NCBI GenBank assembly: GCA_050303855.1
Contig: JBNLCO010000004.1
Span: 7,581 to 71,580, forward strand
DNA: 64,000 nt
Origin: Candidatus Pacearchaeota archaeon
GTDB taxonomy: Archaea; Nanobdellota; Nanobdellia; Pacearchaeales; GW2011-AR1
Direction of reading: 5' to 3'
This document shows, piece after piece, positions 25,693-33,965 of the stretch. The translations under genes and the position numbers were made by a program. A model generated the notes under the pieces. It was not told the origin of the DNA. It worked only from the letters and a program-made list of their open reading frames with translations, and made no database searches. Numbering within the stretch: position 1 is the stretch's first letter; each line of letters begins with the position of its first letter.

Positions 25693-26238
25693 ATGTTGTT
25701 TGTAGAATTATTAATGAATAAAAAAGGTCAAGAAGACATAGGAAAGATTCTTGGAGCAATATTTGGAATTTTTATTCTTTTTATTTTTGTAATTATAATA
25801 ATCAATACTTTTGCTACAGTTAATAATTCAATAACTCAAGATCAATGTAGACCTATTCAAGAACAATTGGGAAATTGTCAAATACAACTTAATTCTACTT
25901 TAATAGCGGTCAATCAAACTGAAGGTCTTTTGGATCAATGCAATAGGGATTATGGGGAATTGGAGAATAACACAATAACAAGAAAAGATTTTGAAGAGAT
26001 TAAAGGATATTTTGATTTGACTAAGAATGAAATAAATTCTATCAATAACAAAATAAGTGAGGTAAATAGAGTTTATAATTTTTATACTATCAAAAACTAT
26101 TCTTTTGCTCTAAATATTGTACTTGGGATTGAAATTATAAGTTTGTTATTCTTCAAGAACGAAGTATTTTTGATAATTATTAACTGGGTAAAAAGAAAGA
26201 GAAAGAAAAAACAAAAAAAAGAAGAGCCAAAGGAATAA
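25693..26238 (+). CDS. hypothetical membrane protein with central coiled coil
   Basis: N-terminal TM, a heptad-like middle region, a C-terminal TM and a K/R tail. Confidence 0.5.
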   Translation: MLFVELLMNKKGQEDIGKILGAIFGIFILFIFVIIIINTFATVNNSITQDQCRPIQEQLGNCQIQLNSTLIAVNQTEGLLDQCNRDYGELENNTITRKDFEEIKGYFDLTKNEINSINNKISEVNRVYNFYTIKNYSFALNIVLGIEIISLLFFKNEVFLIIINWVKRKRKKKQKKEEPKE

Positions 26239-26267
26239 ATCCCGAATGTTTCACACTATGCTAACCT

Positions 26268-26275
26268 GCGGTCGG
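26268..26275 (+). repeat. att core copy 3 (degenerate)
   Basis: GCGGTCGG followed by AA instead of GG. It lies 8 nt after the AATGTTTCACACTATG motif. Confidence 0.4.
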
Positions 26276-26333
26276 AATACCTGTACATGTCTTGTACAAT
26301 AAATTATAAAAGGTTAAAGTTACTAAGTTATCT

Positions 26334-27137
26334 ATGAAAACTCAACTAGTAGAATTCAAAAATACAAAAAATGAAACTCTTAGGGGAATATTATTAAATC
26401 CTAAAAAAGAATCTTCTAAAGGAGTTATTTTTATTAGTGGATTTGAAAGAAATGGAACAACGGAACCAAAATTTAAAGATTTATCCGATAGATTATATAA
26501 TTTGGGAGTCCCTTCAATGAGATTTGATTTTACGGGATTAGGTCTCTCAGATGGAGATTTTAAAGATACTACTTTAGGAAACTGGACAGAGGAATTTACA
26601 AATGCTTATGGCTTCTTTAAGTCTACTACAAAGGTTGAAGAAATCTATATTGTAGGTCATAGTTTAGGAACTTGTGTGTTAGGAAAATACCTAGAACAAC
26701 ATCCAGAAAAGATAGAGAAAGCTATTTTAATATCCCCTGCACTTAATCAAAAAGATTTAATGAGGTATTGGTTTGTTTCTGGAAAAATGAAAAAAGAAGA
26801 TCCAAATAAACTAATTGATTGGAATAATTATGAAGAGTTTCTAGATGAAAAAGAATTTCAAAAAGATGCTAATAAGGCGGATAAAATGTCTAAATATAAT
26901 TTCATTGAGGCAGAATATTTTAAAGAGTGTAGTAAACTAGATTTATCAAAAAACTTTCTAGATTATAAGAATAAATTTTTACATATTCATGGAGAAAAAG
27001 ATATTGCTGTTCCAATTGAAAGTTTAGAAATTGAATTTTCTAATAAAATTATTGTTAGTGATGGAGACCATGATATGGAAAGACCAAATCAAAGAATTCA
27101 ATGGATTGATAAAGCTGTTAAATATTTAATTGAATAA
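26334..27137 (+). CDS. alpha/beta-fold hydrolase
   Basis: Nucleophile elbow VGHSLG, a late HGEKD and a GDHD His region. Confidence 0.8.
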   Translation: MKTQLVEFKNTKNETLRGILLNPKKESSKGVIFISGFERNGTTEPKFKDLSDRLYNLGVPSMRFDFTGLGLSDGDFKDTTLGNWTEEFTNAYGFFKSTTKVEEIYIVGHSLGTCVLGKYLEQHPEKIEKAILISPALNQKDLMRYWFVSGKMKKEDPNKLIDWNNYEEFLDEKEFQKDANKADKMSKYNFIEAEYFKECSKLDLSKNFLDYKNKFLHIHGEKDIAVPIESLEIEFSNKIIVSDGDHDMERPNQRIQWIDKAVKYLIE

Positions 27138-27166
27138 AAATCCTTAATGTTTCACGATATACTTGT

Positions 27167-27177
27167 TTCGGTCGGGG
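27167..27177 (+). repeat. att core copy 4
   Basis: TTCGGTCGGGG, identical to 22934..22944. CGGTCGGGG matches the tRNA-Asp 3' end. Confidence 0.5.
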
Positions 27178-27220
27178 TTTTCTTTAATTTATCTTGTTTT
27201 TGTAATATTGATGCACACTT

Positions 27221-27240
27221 AGTGTATATAATACATATAC
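27221..27240. promoter_or_regulatory. candidate NrtR operator 1
   Basis: AGTGTATATAATACATATAC contains GT-N7-AC (GTATATAATAC) and the inverted repeat GTATAT-N5-ATATAC. Confidence 0.35.
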
Positions 27241-27262
27241 TACAGCACAATAATGTTTATAA

Positions 27263-27279
27263 AGTGTATAATATACACT
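27263..27279. promoter_or_regulatory. candidate NrtR operator 2 (17-bp perfect palindrome)
   Basis: AGTGTATAATATACACT has a central GT-N7-AC and lies 53 nt upstream of the pncB ATG. Confidence 0.45.
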
Positions 27280-27331
27280 ATTACAACTAAAGGTGGATAA
27301 TAACCACATAAAATAAAAATCAAAATAAAAA

Positions 27332-28600
27332 ATGACACTCGAAAACATTGAATACGAAGTAAAAAGGCCAATCATAAACTCTATACTTGACCTTGATATG
27401 TATAAGCTTACTATGGGACAATTTGCTTACCATAGATATCCTAATGTTCCTGTAAAGTATGCCTTCAAAAATAGAACTTCAAAGGTTAAATTAGCTAATA
27501 TTGTGGATGAAGCTGACTTGAGAACCGAACTAGATCATATAAGAAAGTTGAAACTTACAGACTATGAGGCTAATTATCTTTCTACTTTGAAAAACGGTGA
27601 TGGTCCAATGTTTAAGAAGGATTATATTGGGTTTTTGAAGGAGATGGATCTTCCTGATTATAATCTTGGAAAAGAAGATGGAAATTATGTTCTTGAATTT
27701 GAAGGAGATTGGTCAAAAGCAATATACTGGGAGACTCTTGCACTCTCTACAATGAATGAACTTTATTATAAGTCTTTGACAAAAGATATGAACCCTGAGG
27801 ATATGGCTTCTGTTTACCGTGAAGGTCAGAGGAGGCTTGAGGCAAAAGTTAAGATCCTCTCCGATAACCCAGGGGTAAGATTTATTGAATTTGGTACGAG
27901 GAGAAGATTTAGTCAGGAATGGCAGGAAAGAGTTGTTTCTTATCTTAAAGAAAACACTCCTAATAATATTATTGGAACTTCAAATGTTTATCTTGCTATG
28001 AAGCACGGTCTTGTGCCTAAAGGCACTATTGCTCATGAACATGATATGGTGCTTTCAGGGATAATGCATGGAAGTGATGATGAAATAAGGGCTTCTCATA
28101 ATAGGGCTTTAAGAGAATGGTGGGATGAATATGGGCCCGGTTTGTCAATTGCACTTACCGATACTTATGGAAGTAATTTTTTCTTCAAAGATTTTACTCC
28201 AGAACAAGCAAAAAATTGGATTGGTCTAAGACAGGATTCTGGAAGGCCGGAAGAATTTGCAAGAAGACAGATTGATTTTTATGAGAATCTTAAAATAAAT
28301 CCTAAAGACAAATTGTTTGTTCCAAGCGATGGCCTTGAAATTAATAAAATTGTTGACTTGCACAATGAGTTTAACGATAAAATAAATGTAGTTGCGGGAT
28401 GGGGAACAAGCCTTACAAATGATCTTGGATTTGACTCACTTTCTCTTGTTGTAAAGGCTGTTGAGTCTAATGGGCATGGAACTGTAAAACTAAGTGATAA
28501 CCCTGCAAAGAAAACAGGAAAACCCGAAGATGTTGAGAGATTCGTAAAAATATTTGGTTATGATGAAAATGAGCATGAGATGCAGGAGTGTAAATATTAA
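27332..28600 (+). CDS. pncB: nicotinate phosphoribosyltransferase
   Basis: LDLDMYKLTMGQFAYHRYP at the N-terminus, FGTRRR, and a length typical of PncB. Confidence 0.9.
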   Translation: MTLENIEYEVKRPIINSILDLDMYKLTMGQFAYHRYPNVPVKYAFKNRTSKVKLANIVDEADLRTELDHIRKLKLTDYEANYLSTLKNGDGPMFKKDYIGFLKEMDLPDYNLGKEDGNYVLEFEGDWSKAIYWETLALSTMNELYYKSLTKDMNPEDMASVYREGQRRLEAKVKILSDNPGVRFIEFGTRRRFSQEWQERVVSYLKENTPNNIIGTSNVYLAMKHGLVPKGTIAHEHDMVLSGIMHGSDDEIRASHNRALREWWDEYGPGLSIALTDTYGSNFFFKDFTPEQAKNWIGLRQDSGRPEEFARRQIDFYENLKINPKDKLFVPSDGLEINKIVDLHNEFNDKINVVAGWGTSLTNDLGFDSLSLVVKAVESNGHGTVKLSDNPAKKTGKPEDVERFVKIFGYDENEHEMQECKY

Positions 28601-28601
28601 A

Positions 28602-29432
28602 ATGAAAACAAAATATGGTGCTTTGGTAGATTTTAGTAAGTCTTTTACAGATTCTAATGGTAGTTTTTATGCTGGGACAACTGAAGAACAAAAGGATAAT
28701 GCTGTTGAAGTTATGAAGTTTATGGATAAGAATTTGTATCTTGTGGATGTTCATACAAGACAAAGTCCAGAATTCTTGACTAATGGAGGGGTTTATCCTG
28801 CTCACAATCTTATATCTAAAGATGATTATGGTCTTGATACCTTGGGAGTTGAAGGAAAGACTGTTAGTCCTCAGTTAACAGGTAAATTGTATGATGTTGT
28901 TAAAGATAAAAAATCTGGGTTAATTGTTCCTAGACATGTCTTTTTCCAGAACTATAATGGAGAACCAAATCCTCGGCCTGGTTTTGAGTTTAAAGATGTA
29001 GAAGAAACATTTGGTATTGAAAAATTGGTTTCTCAAGAGTTTTTAGACGGGGGTTTAGATTATGTTGTTAATGCCAAACATATGTTCAATGGATCTGCAA
29101 TTCAGGCAACGGATTGGATGGGTAATTTCAAAGGAGTTCCGGATAAAGAAATGAATGTATTTTCTTTAATGAAACAAAAATATGGCCAGGGAGAAAACTT
29201 GGAATTCAATATTGAAGGAGTTGTTGTGGGTATTTGTATATATCAAACTGCTTCTGGCCTTAGACAGTTGTTTCCAAAATCTCAGATAAACGTTATTGCT
29301 GATGCTTCTACTCATCTGATTTATGCTCCACTTGGTTTTGAAAATGAAGACGATGCTAATAAGGCAGCTAAAGCTATGTGTTCTCAGGTTGGAATAAATT
29401 ATCTTACTACAAAGGAGTTTTTAGGAAAATGA
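28602..29432 (+). CDS. pncA: isochorismatase-family hydrolase, putative nicotinamidase
   Basis: ALVDFSKSF (Asp), LVDVHT (metal His) and VVVGICIYQTA (nucleophile Cys context). ATG at 28602 follows the pncB stop. It is longer than a typical PncA. Confidence 0.55.
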   Translation: MKTKYGALVDFSKSFTDSNGSFYAGTTEEQKDNAVEVMKFMDKNLYLVDVHTRQSPEFLTNGGVYPAHNLISKDDYGLDTLGVEGKTVSPQLTGKLYDVVKDKKSGLIVPRHVFFQNYNGEPNPRPGFEFKDVEETFGIEKLVSQEFLDGGLDYVVNAKHMFNGSAIQATDWMGNFKGVPDKEMNVFSLMKQKYGQGENLEFNIEGVVVGICIYQTASGLRQLFPKSQINVIADASTHLIYAPLGFENEDDANKAAKAMCSQVGINYLTTKEFLGK

Positions 29433-31141
29433 AACTTTCTTTAGTTCAGATGAGTCCTGTTACAGGAGATTTGAAAGGTAATTTTGAGAAAATTTGTAGG
29501 GAAATAGATAATGCTAAGATAAAATCTGCGGACATTGTTGTTTTTCCTGAGATGGCTCTTACTGGTTATTGTATTTCTGATTTGATTGAAGATAATTTAT
29601 TTGTTAAAAGAAATAAGAATTTGTTAGATGAAATCTCTCAAAAAACTCAAGACATTATTGCAATTGTTGGTTTTGTGGACTATGATTCTGAAAAGATAAA
29701 TCAGGATGGGCGTTTAAGAAAGTATAATGCTGCGGCAGTTTTTCAGAATGGAAAACTTTTGAGTATTGTACATAAAACACTTTTGCCTAATTACAGATAT
29801 TTTGATGATAAAAGGTATTTTGTGTCTGGTGAAGAGAGAAAACCTGTTGAAGTTGAGATCAATGGTAAAAAAATTAATTTAGGGGTTTCTATATGTGAAG
29901 ATATGTGGGACCAAGATTATGATCTTAAACCTATAAAGGAACTCTCCCACAAGGGGGCAGACATTATAATTAATATTAATGCATCTCCTTTTTATCCAGG
30001 AAAAATTAATCAGAGAGAAGAGATAATAAAAAGACATGTGGCTTCTAATGGATTGCCTTTTGTTTATGTTAATACTGTTGGTTCTGCAGATAATGGAAAA
30101 AATATTATTCCTTTTGATGGCCAGAGTTTAGTTTATGATTCAAGTGGTAATTTAATTGCAATTGGTAAACAGTTTGAGGAAGAGAGTTTAATTGTGGATT
30201 TGGATGATAGAATCATTACTAAACCTTTTTTTAATAGAGAAAAAGAACTATTTGAAGCGTTAGTTATGGGTTTGAAAGATTATTCAAAACAAACTGGTTT
30301 TAAGAAAGCAATTTTGCCTTTATCTGGAGGTATAGATTCTGCTTTGGGTTTGGTTATTGCTGCTGAGGCTTTGGGTAGTGAAAATGTTGTTGCTTATAAT
30401 TTGCCTTCAAAGTTCAATACAGATATAACAAAAAGTATTGCAGAGAGATTGGCAAATAATCTAGATATTGAGTATAAGATTATTCCTATACAAGAAATAG
30501 ATAATAAGTTAAGGGAAGTTTTTGAAAAAGAGGTTCATGAAATCCGTAATGGTGTTTCAAAGGAAAATCTTCATGCTAGAATAAGAGGTATCTTGATGAT
30601 GTTAGAATCAAATGATGGTGGCTCTTTACTTATCTCTAATGGAAATAAAACTGAAATTGCATTGGGATATTCTACTTTGTATGGAGATATGTGCGGGGGG
30701 ATTTCGGTTATAGGAGATTTATCTAAAATAGATGTGTATAATATTTGTAGGTACTTGAATGCAAGGTATGGAAAGGAAATTATTCCGAAAGAAATCTTTG
30801 AAATAAAACCTTCTGCTGAATTGAGTGAGGGCCAGGCTGATCCTTTTGATTATGAAATTGTATCGCCTATTGTAGATTTGTTTGTTGAGGAAAGATATTC
30901 TCCTGAGGAAATATTGGACAAATTTGATAAAAATCTTCTTGGAGAGAGATTTGGAAATGATTTATACCAAAAACATAATAGAGAAAGTTTTGATAAGCTG
31001 GTTTATGATCTTTACAGACTTCTTAGAAGGTCTGTTTACAAAAGATTGCAAGGCCCTCCAATTATCGCAGTTACTGGAAGATCTTTTGGTTTTGACTTGA
31101 GAGAGACTTTGATAAATAAGTGGGATGGTAAAAATGAGTGA
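29429..31141 (+). CDS. nadE: glutamine-dependent NAD+ synthetase (nitrilase domain plus NadE domain)
   Basis: The CN-hydrolase domain has FPEMALTGY and SICEDMW. The PP-loop is LSGGIDSA. Its ATG overlaps the previous stop (ATGA). Confidence 0.9.
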   Translation: MKLSLVQMSPVTGDLKGNFEKICREIDNAKIKSADIVVFPEMALTGYCISDLIEDNLFVKRNKNLLDEISQKTQDIIAIVGFVDYDSEKINQDGRLRKYNAAAVFQNGKLLSIVHKTLLPNYRYFDDKRYFVSGEERKPVEVEINGKKINLGVSICEDMWDQDYDLKPIKELSHKGADIIININASPFYPGKINQREEIIKRHVASNGLPFVYVNTVGSADNGKNIIPFDGQSLVYDSSGNLIAIGKQFEEESLIVDLDDRIITKPFFNREKELFEALVMGLKDYSKQTGFKKAILPLSGGIDSALGLVIAAEALGSENVVAYNLPSKFNTDITKSIAERLANNLDIEYKIIPIQEIDNKLREVFEKEVHEIRNGVSKENLHARIRGILMMLESNDGGSLLISNGNKTEIALGYSTLYGDMCGGISVIGDLSKIDVYNICRYLNARYGKEIIPKEIFEIKPSAELSEGQADPFDYEIVSPIVDLFVEERYSPEEILDKFDKNLLGERFGNDLYQKHNRESFDKLVYDLYRLLRRSVYKRLQGPPIIAVTGRSFGFDLRETLINKWDGKNE

Positions 31142-31559
31142 ATATATTAATCCTGCAAGCACGGTGGATTTAATTGTTAAGGATGAATCAGATAAAATTT
31201 TGCTAATAAAAAGAAAGCATGATCCTTTCAAAGAGTTTTGGGCTCTTCCAGGAGGATTTTTGGATTATGGAAAGGAAACTCTAGAACATGCGGGTGTAAG
31301 AGAATTGAGGGAAGAAACTTGTTTGAAAACTGAAGAGAAATACTTGAGGCTTATCGGAGTTTATTCTGATCCTAAGAGAGATCCGCGAGGACATGTAATT
31401 GCTCATGCATATGAAGTTACAAAACATTCTGGGATTGAAAAGGCAGCTGATGATGCTAAGGAACTAGGTTGGTTTTCATTAGACTCTTTACCTAATCTTG
31501 CTTTTGATCATGATAAGATTTTGGAGGATTATATAAAGTCTAAAGGAAGTAGGTTTTAG
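31125..31559 (+). CDS. Nudix hydrolase (possible ADP-ribose pyrophosphatase)
   Basis: Nudix box LPGGFLDYGKETLEHAGVRELREETCL. Confidence 0.8.
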   Translation: MVKMSEYINPASTVDLIVKDESDKILLIKRKHDPFKEFWALPGGFLDYGKETLEHAGVRELREETCLKTEEKYLRLIGVYSDPKRDPRGHVIAHAYEVTKHSGIEKAADDAKELGWFSLDSLPNLAFDHDKILEDYIKSKGSRF

Positions 31560-31560
31560 A

Positions 31561-32478
31561 ATGTTATTAGAATTAGCGATCGGAGATGCTTATGGGGCAA
31601 GTTATGAGTTCTTTTCTAAGAATAGGGAAGATTTCCAGAAATTGGACTTTACAAAATATATAGAAAACCCAAATGGGGATTTTTCAACAGTTTCTCCAGG
31701 GAATTACACAGATGATACTCAAATGTCAATTGCAATAGCAGAACTTTTGTTGTGTGGTAAGGGCTATAATAAGGAGAATTTGGCAGAATCTTTTGTTAGG
31801 TGTTATAAGAGAGACCCCATTCCTGGATATGCGGGAGGTTTTCAGAAGTTTTTGGATTTTATTGGTTCTGGGGAAGAATTCTTGGAAAAGATTAAGCCTT
31901 ACTCTGAAAGAAATGGTGCTGCTATGAGATCTTTGCCTTTGGGTTTTGTTAAAGATCCTCAGAAAGTTATCGATTATGCAAAGATTAACGCTTCTTTAAC
32001 ACATGATACTCCTAAAGGTATCGCCTCTTCTGTAGCTATCGCTTTAATGGCACATTATAATATTTACAATAAAGGCCTTGATGATTTAAATTCCCATTTA
32101 TTTTCCGAAATTAAGAACATTGATGTCGAGAGTTTTGATTACTTCAAAAAAGTTAAAAATATGAGGGGTTTGGATTCGAAATTGCTCTTTGGAGAAAAGG
32201 ATGAATTAAAAGGGGTGCCTTGTGATGGTATGAGGACTGTTGGAGCAGTTATGCATATTTTGTCTAATTATTCTAATGCAAAAGATGTTCTTTTGGAATC
32301 CGTTAAGCTTGGAGGGGATACGGATAGCACTGCATCAATTGCTTTGGGACTCTTTTCAATTAATAATAAAATAGATGACCTTCCCGAGTTTTTATCTAGG
32401 GATTTGATTAATAATAAATATGGAAAAGATTATTTAATAAACTTAGATGAACAGCTAAAAAAGAAATTTAATTTGTAA
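31561..32478 (+). CDS. ADP-ribosylglycohydrolase family protein
   Basis: AIGDAYGASYEF near the N-terminus and GGDTDSTASIALGL near the C-terminus. Confidence 0.85.
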   Translation: MLLELAIGDAYGASYEFFSKNREDFQKLDFTKYIENPNGDFSTVSPGNYTDDTQMSIAIAELLLCGKGYNKENLAESFVRCYKRDPIPGYAGGFQKFLDFIGSGEEFLEKIKPYSERNGAAMRSLPLGFVKDPQKVIDYAKINASLTHDTPKGIASSVAIALMAHYNIYNKGLDDLNSHLFSEIKNIDVESFDYFKKVKNMRGLDSKLLFGEKDELKGVPCDGMRTVGAVMHILSNYSNAKDVLLESVKLGGDTDSTASIALGLFSINNKIDDLPEFLSRDLINNKYGKDYLINLDEQLKKKFNL

Positions 32479-32479
32479 A

Positions 32480-33253
32480 ATGTTTGATAAAATAATATTT
32501 GTAGTCAAGGAAGGGATTGTTCTTGAAGAAGATTTTATAAGTAGGATTAATGAACTATCTGGAAATAAAGAGATTGTCTTTGTGAATTTTTGCGATTTGA
32601 ATAAAACTCATTTTGATGAAAATTCTCTTGTTGTGACTTTTGGAGGAGACGGTACCTTCGTAAAAGCTGCTAATTTGATGGACGAGGGTTATATTGTTGG
32701 TATAAATTCTTCTCCTAGTTCTAGTGTGGGTGCTCTTACAAGTTTGGAGATCGATGATTTGGAAAGGTTAAAGGAAGTTCTTGAAGGTAATTTTGACGTT
32801 TTATTAAGGCAAAGGGTGAAAGTTACCTTGAATGGAGAAGTTCTTAACGAACACGCTTTGAATGAAGTTTATGTTGGTGCTTTTTCGCAGTTTCATAGTT
32901 CTAGATATAGGATAAAGTATAACGGCTTTGAAGAGGAACATAGGAGTTCTGGGATTATTGTTTCTACTGGAACTGGTTCTCCAGCTTGGTTTTATTCTGC
33001 TGGAGGAGATGTTTTTGACCCAAGTGAAGAGAAGATTTCTTTTGTGGTTAGGGAGCCTTATTTTGCTAAGAGACTTTTTACTCCAACAATTTTGAAAGGA
33101 GACTTGAAAATTGGAGAAAAACTTATTATGGAATCTGAGAGAGTTTCTGGAGGATTGATTTCTATAAATGAATCAACTTATGATTTTAACAAAGGAGATA
33201 TTGTGAAATTGGAACTTTCGGATAAACCTTTGAAGACGATTAAATTAAAATAA
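32480..33253 (+). CDS. nadK: NAD+ kinase
   Basis: TFGGDGTF (GGDG motif), NEVYV and STGTGSPAW. Confidence 0.85.
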   Translation: MFDKIIFVVKEGIVLEEDFISRINELSGNKEIVFVNFCDLNKTHFDENSLVVTFGGDGTFVKAANLMDEGYIVGINSSPSSSVGALTSLEIDDLERLKEVLEGNFDVLLRQRVKVTLNGEVLNEHALNEVYVGAFSQFHSSRYRIKYNGFEEEHRSSGIIVSTGTGSPAWFYSAGGDVFDPSEEKISFVVREPYFAKRLFTPTILKGDLKIGEKLIMESERVSGGLISINESTYDFNKGDIVKLELSDKPLKTIKLK

Positions 33254-33290
33254 TCTTAAGGTTTAAATATCTTAATGTCTTTAGAACACT

Positions 33291-33965
33291 ATGGAAGAGG
33301 ACAACATTCATGATTTTGAGAAACCTTCTGTTACTACAGACATAGTCATATTTACAATACAAGATGGAATTTTGAAAGTACTTCTTGTTAAAAGAGATAT
33401 TGATCCCTTTAAGGGAAAGTGGGCTCTTCCAGGAGGATTTGTAAGAATTAATGAGTCTTTAGAAGAGTCTGCTAAAAGAGAACTTGATGAAGAAACAGGG
33501 GTTAAGAATGTCTATCTTGAACAACTATATAGTTTTGGTGAGCCTAAGAGAGATCCTAGAGGGAGAGTTATAACCGTTTCTTATATGGCTTTGATTAATC
33601 ATGAAAATATCAACCTTAAAGCTTCAACAGATGTTTCGGATGCTAAATGGTTTCCAATTAATTCCATTCCTGGTTTGGCTTTTGATCATAGAAAAATTTT
33701 GGATTATGCTTTGAAGAGATTGAAATGGAAGTTTGAGTACACATTGGTGGCTTTTTCTTTATTGCCTAAGAAATTTACAATAAGTCAAATAAAACAAATA
33801 TATGAAATTGTTTTTAATAAGAAATTTGATAAAAGGAATTTTGTTAAAAAAATATTATCTTTAGATATACTTAAAGAGGAAGGGTTGAATAATGATGTCC
33901 CTTATAGGCCTCCTATGATGTATTCGTTGAAGAAGAATATTAGTGAAATTGTTGCAATTATTTAA
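33291..33965 (+). CDS. nrtR: NrtR-like regulator (Nudix domain fused to C-terminal winged HTH)
   Basis: Nudix box LPGGFVRINESLEESAKRELDEETGV. The C-terminal FTISQIKQIYEIVFNKKFDKRNFVKKI matches the NrtR wHTH signature (..DKRNFRRK..). Confidence 0.75.
   Translation: MEEDNIHDFEKPSVTTDIVIFTIQDGILKVLLVKRDIDPFKGKWALPGGFVRINESLEESAKRELDEETGVKNVYLEQLYSFGEPKRDPRGRVITVSYMALINHENINLKASTDVSDAKWFPINSIPGLAFDHRKILDYALKRLKWKFEYTLVAFSLLPKKFTISQIKQIYEIVFNKKFDKRNFVKKILSLDILKEEGLNNDVPYRPPMMYSLKKNISEIVAII

Larger units (their letters stand above)
22948..26275. mobile_element. integrated element remnant E2 (membrane proteins, truncated integrase, DUF3800)
   Basis: Lies between att-like copies 2 and 3. A 16-nt perfect terminal inverted repeat is present: CATAGTGTGAAACATT (22951..22966) and AATGTTTCACACTATG (26245..26260). 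Confidence 0.5.
26276..27177. mobile_element. short segment E3 between att-like copies 3 and 4 (single hydrolase gene)
   Basis: Ends with AATGTTTCACGATAT (27146..27160) followed by TTCGGTCGGGG (27167..27177). Confidence 0.35.

Noticed and set aside
27184-27375. 63-aa minus-strand ORF upstream of pncB
   Set aside because: It covers the AT-rich promoter/operator region and the pncB start. Its Tyr/Phe/Val-rich sequence reflects translation of the TATA-like palindromes.
33254-33293. Possible extra copy of the AATGT..ACACTATG island motif just upstream of nrtR
   Set aside because: The match (TTAATGTCTTTAGAACACTATG) needs a 4-nt insertion, its terminal ATG is simply the nrtR start codon, and no CGGTCGG core follows. 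It is probably chance similarity in AT-rich DNA.
27332-33965. NAD cluster as a phage or plasmid NAD-reconstitution counter-defence module
   Set aside because: It lies outside the last att-like repeat. It encodes the ordinary Preiss-Handler, NadE and NadK housekeeping enzymes plus a regulator, and lacks the signature enzymes of known viral NAD-reconstitution pathways (for example Nampt or ADPR-pyrophosphokinase). I kept only the weaker adjacency observation.
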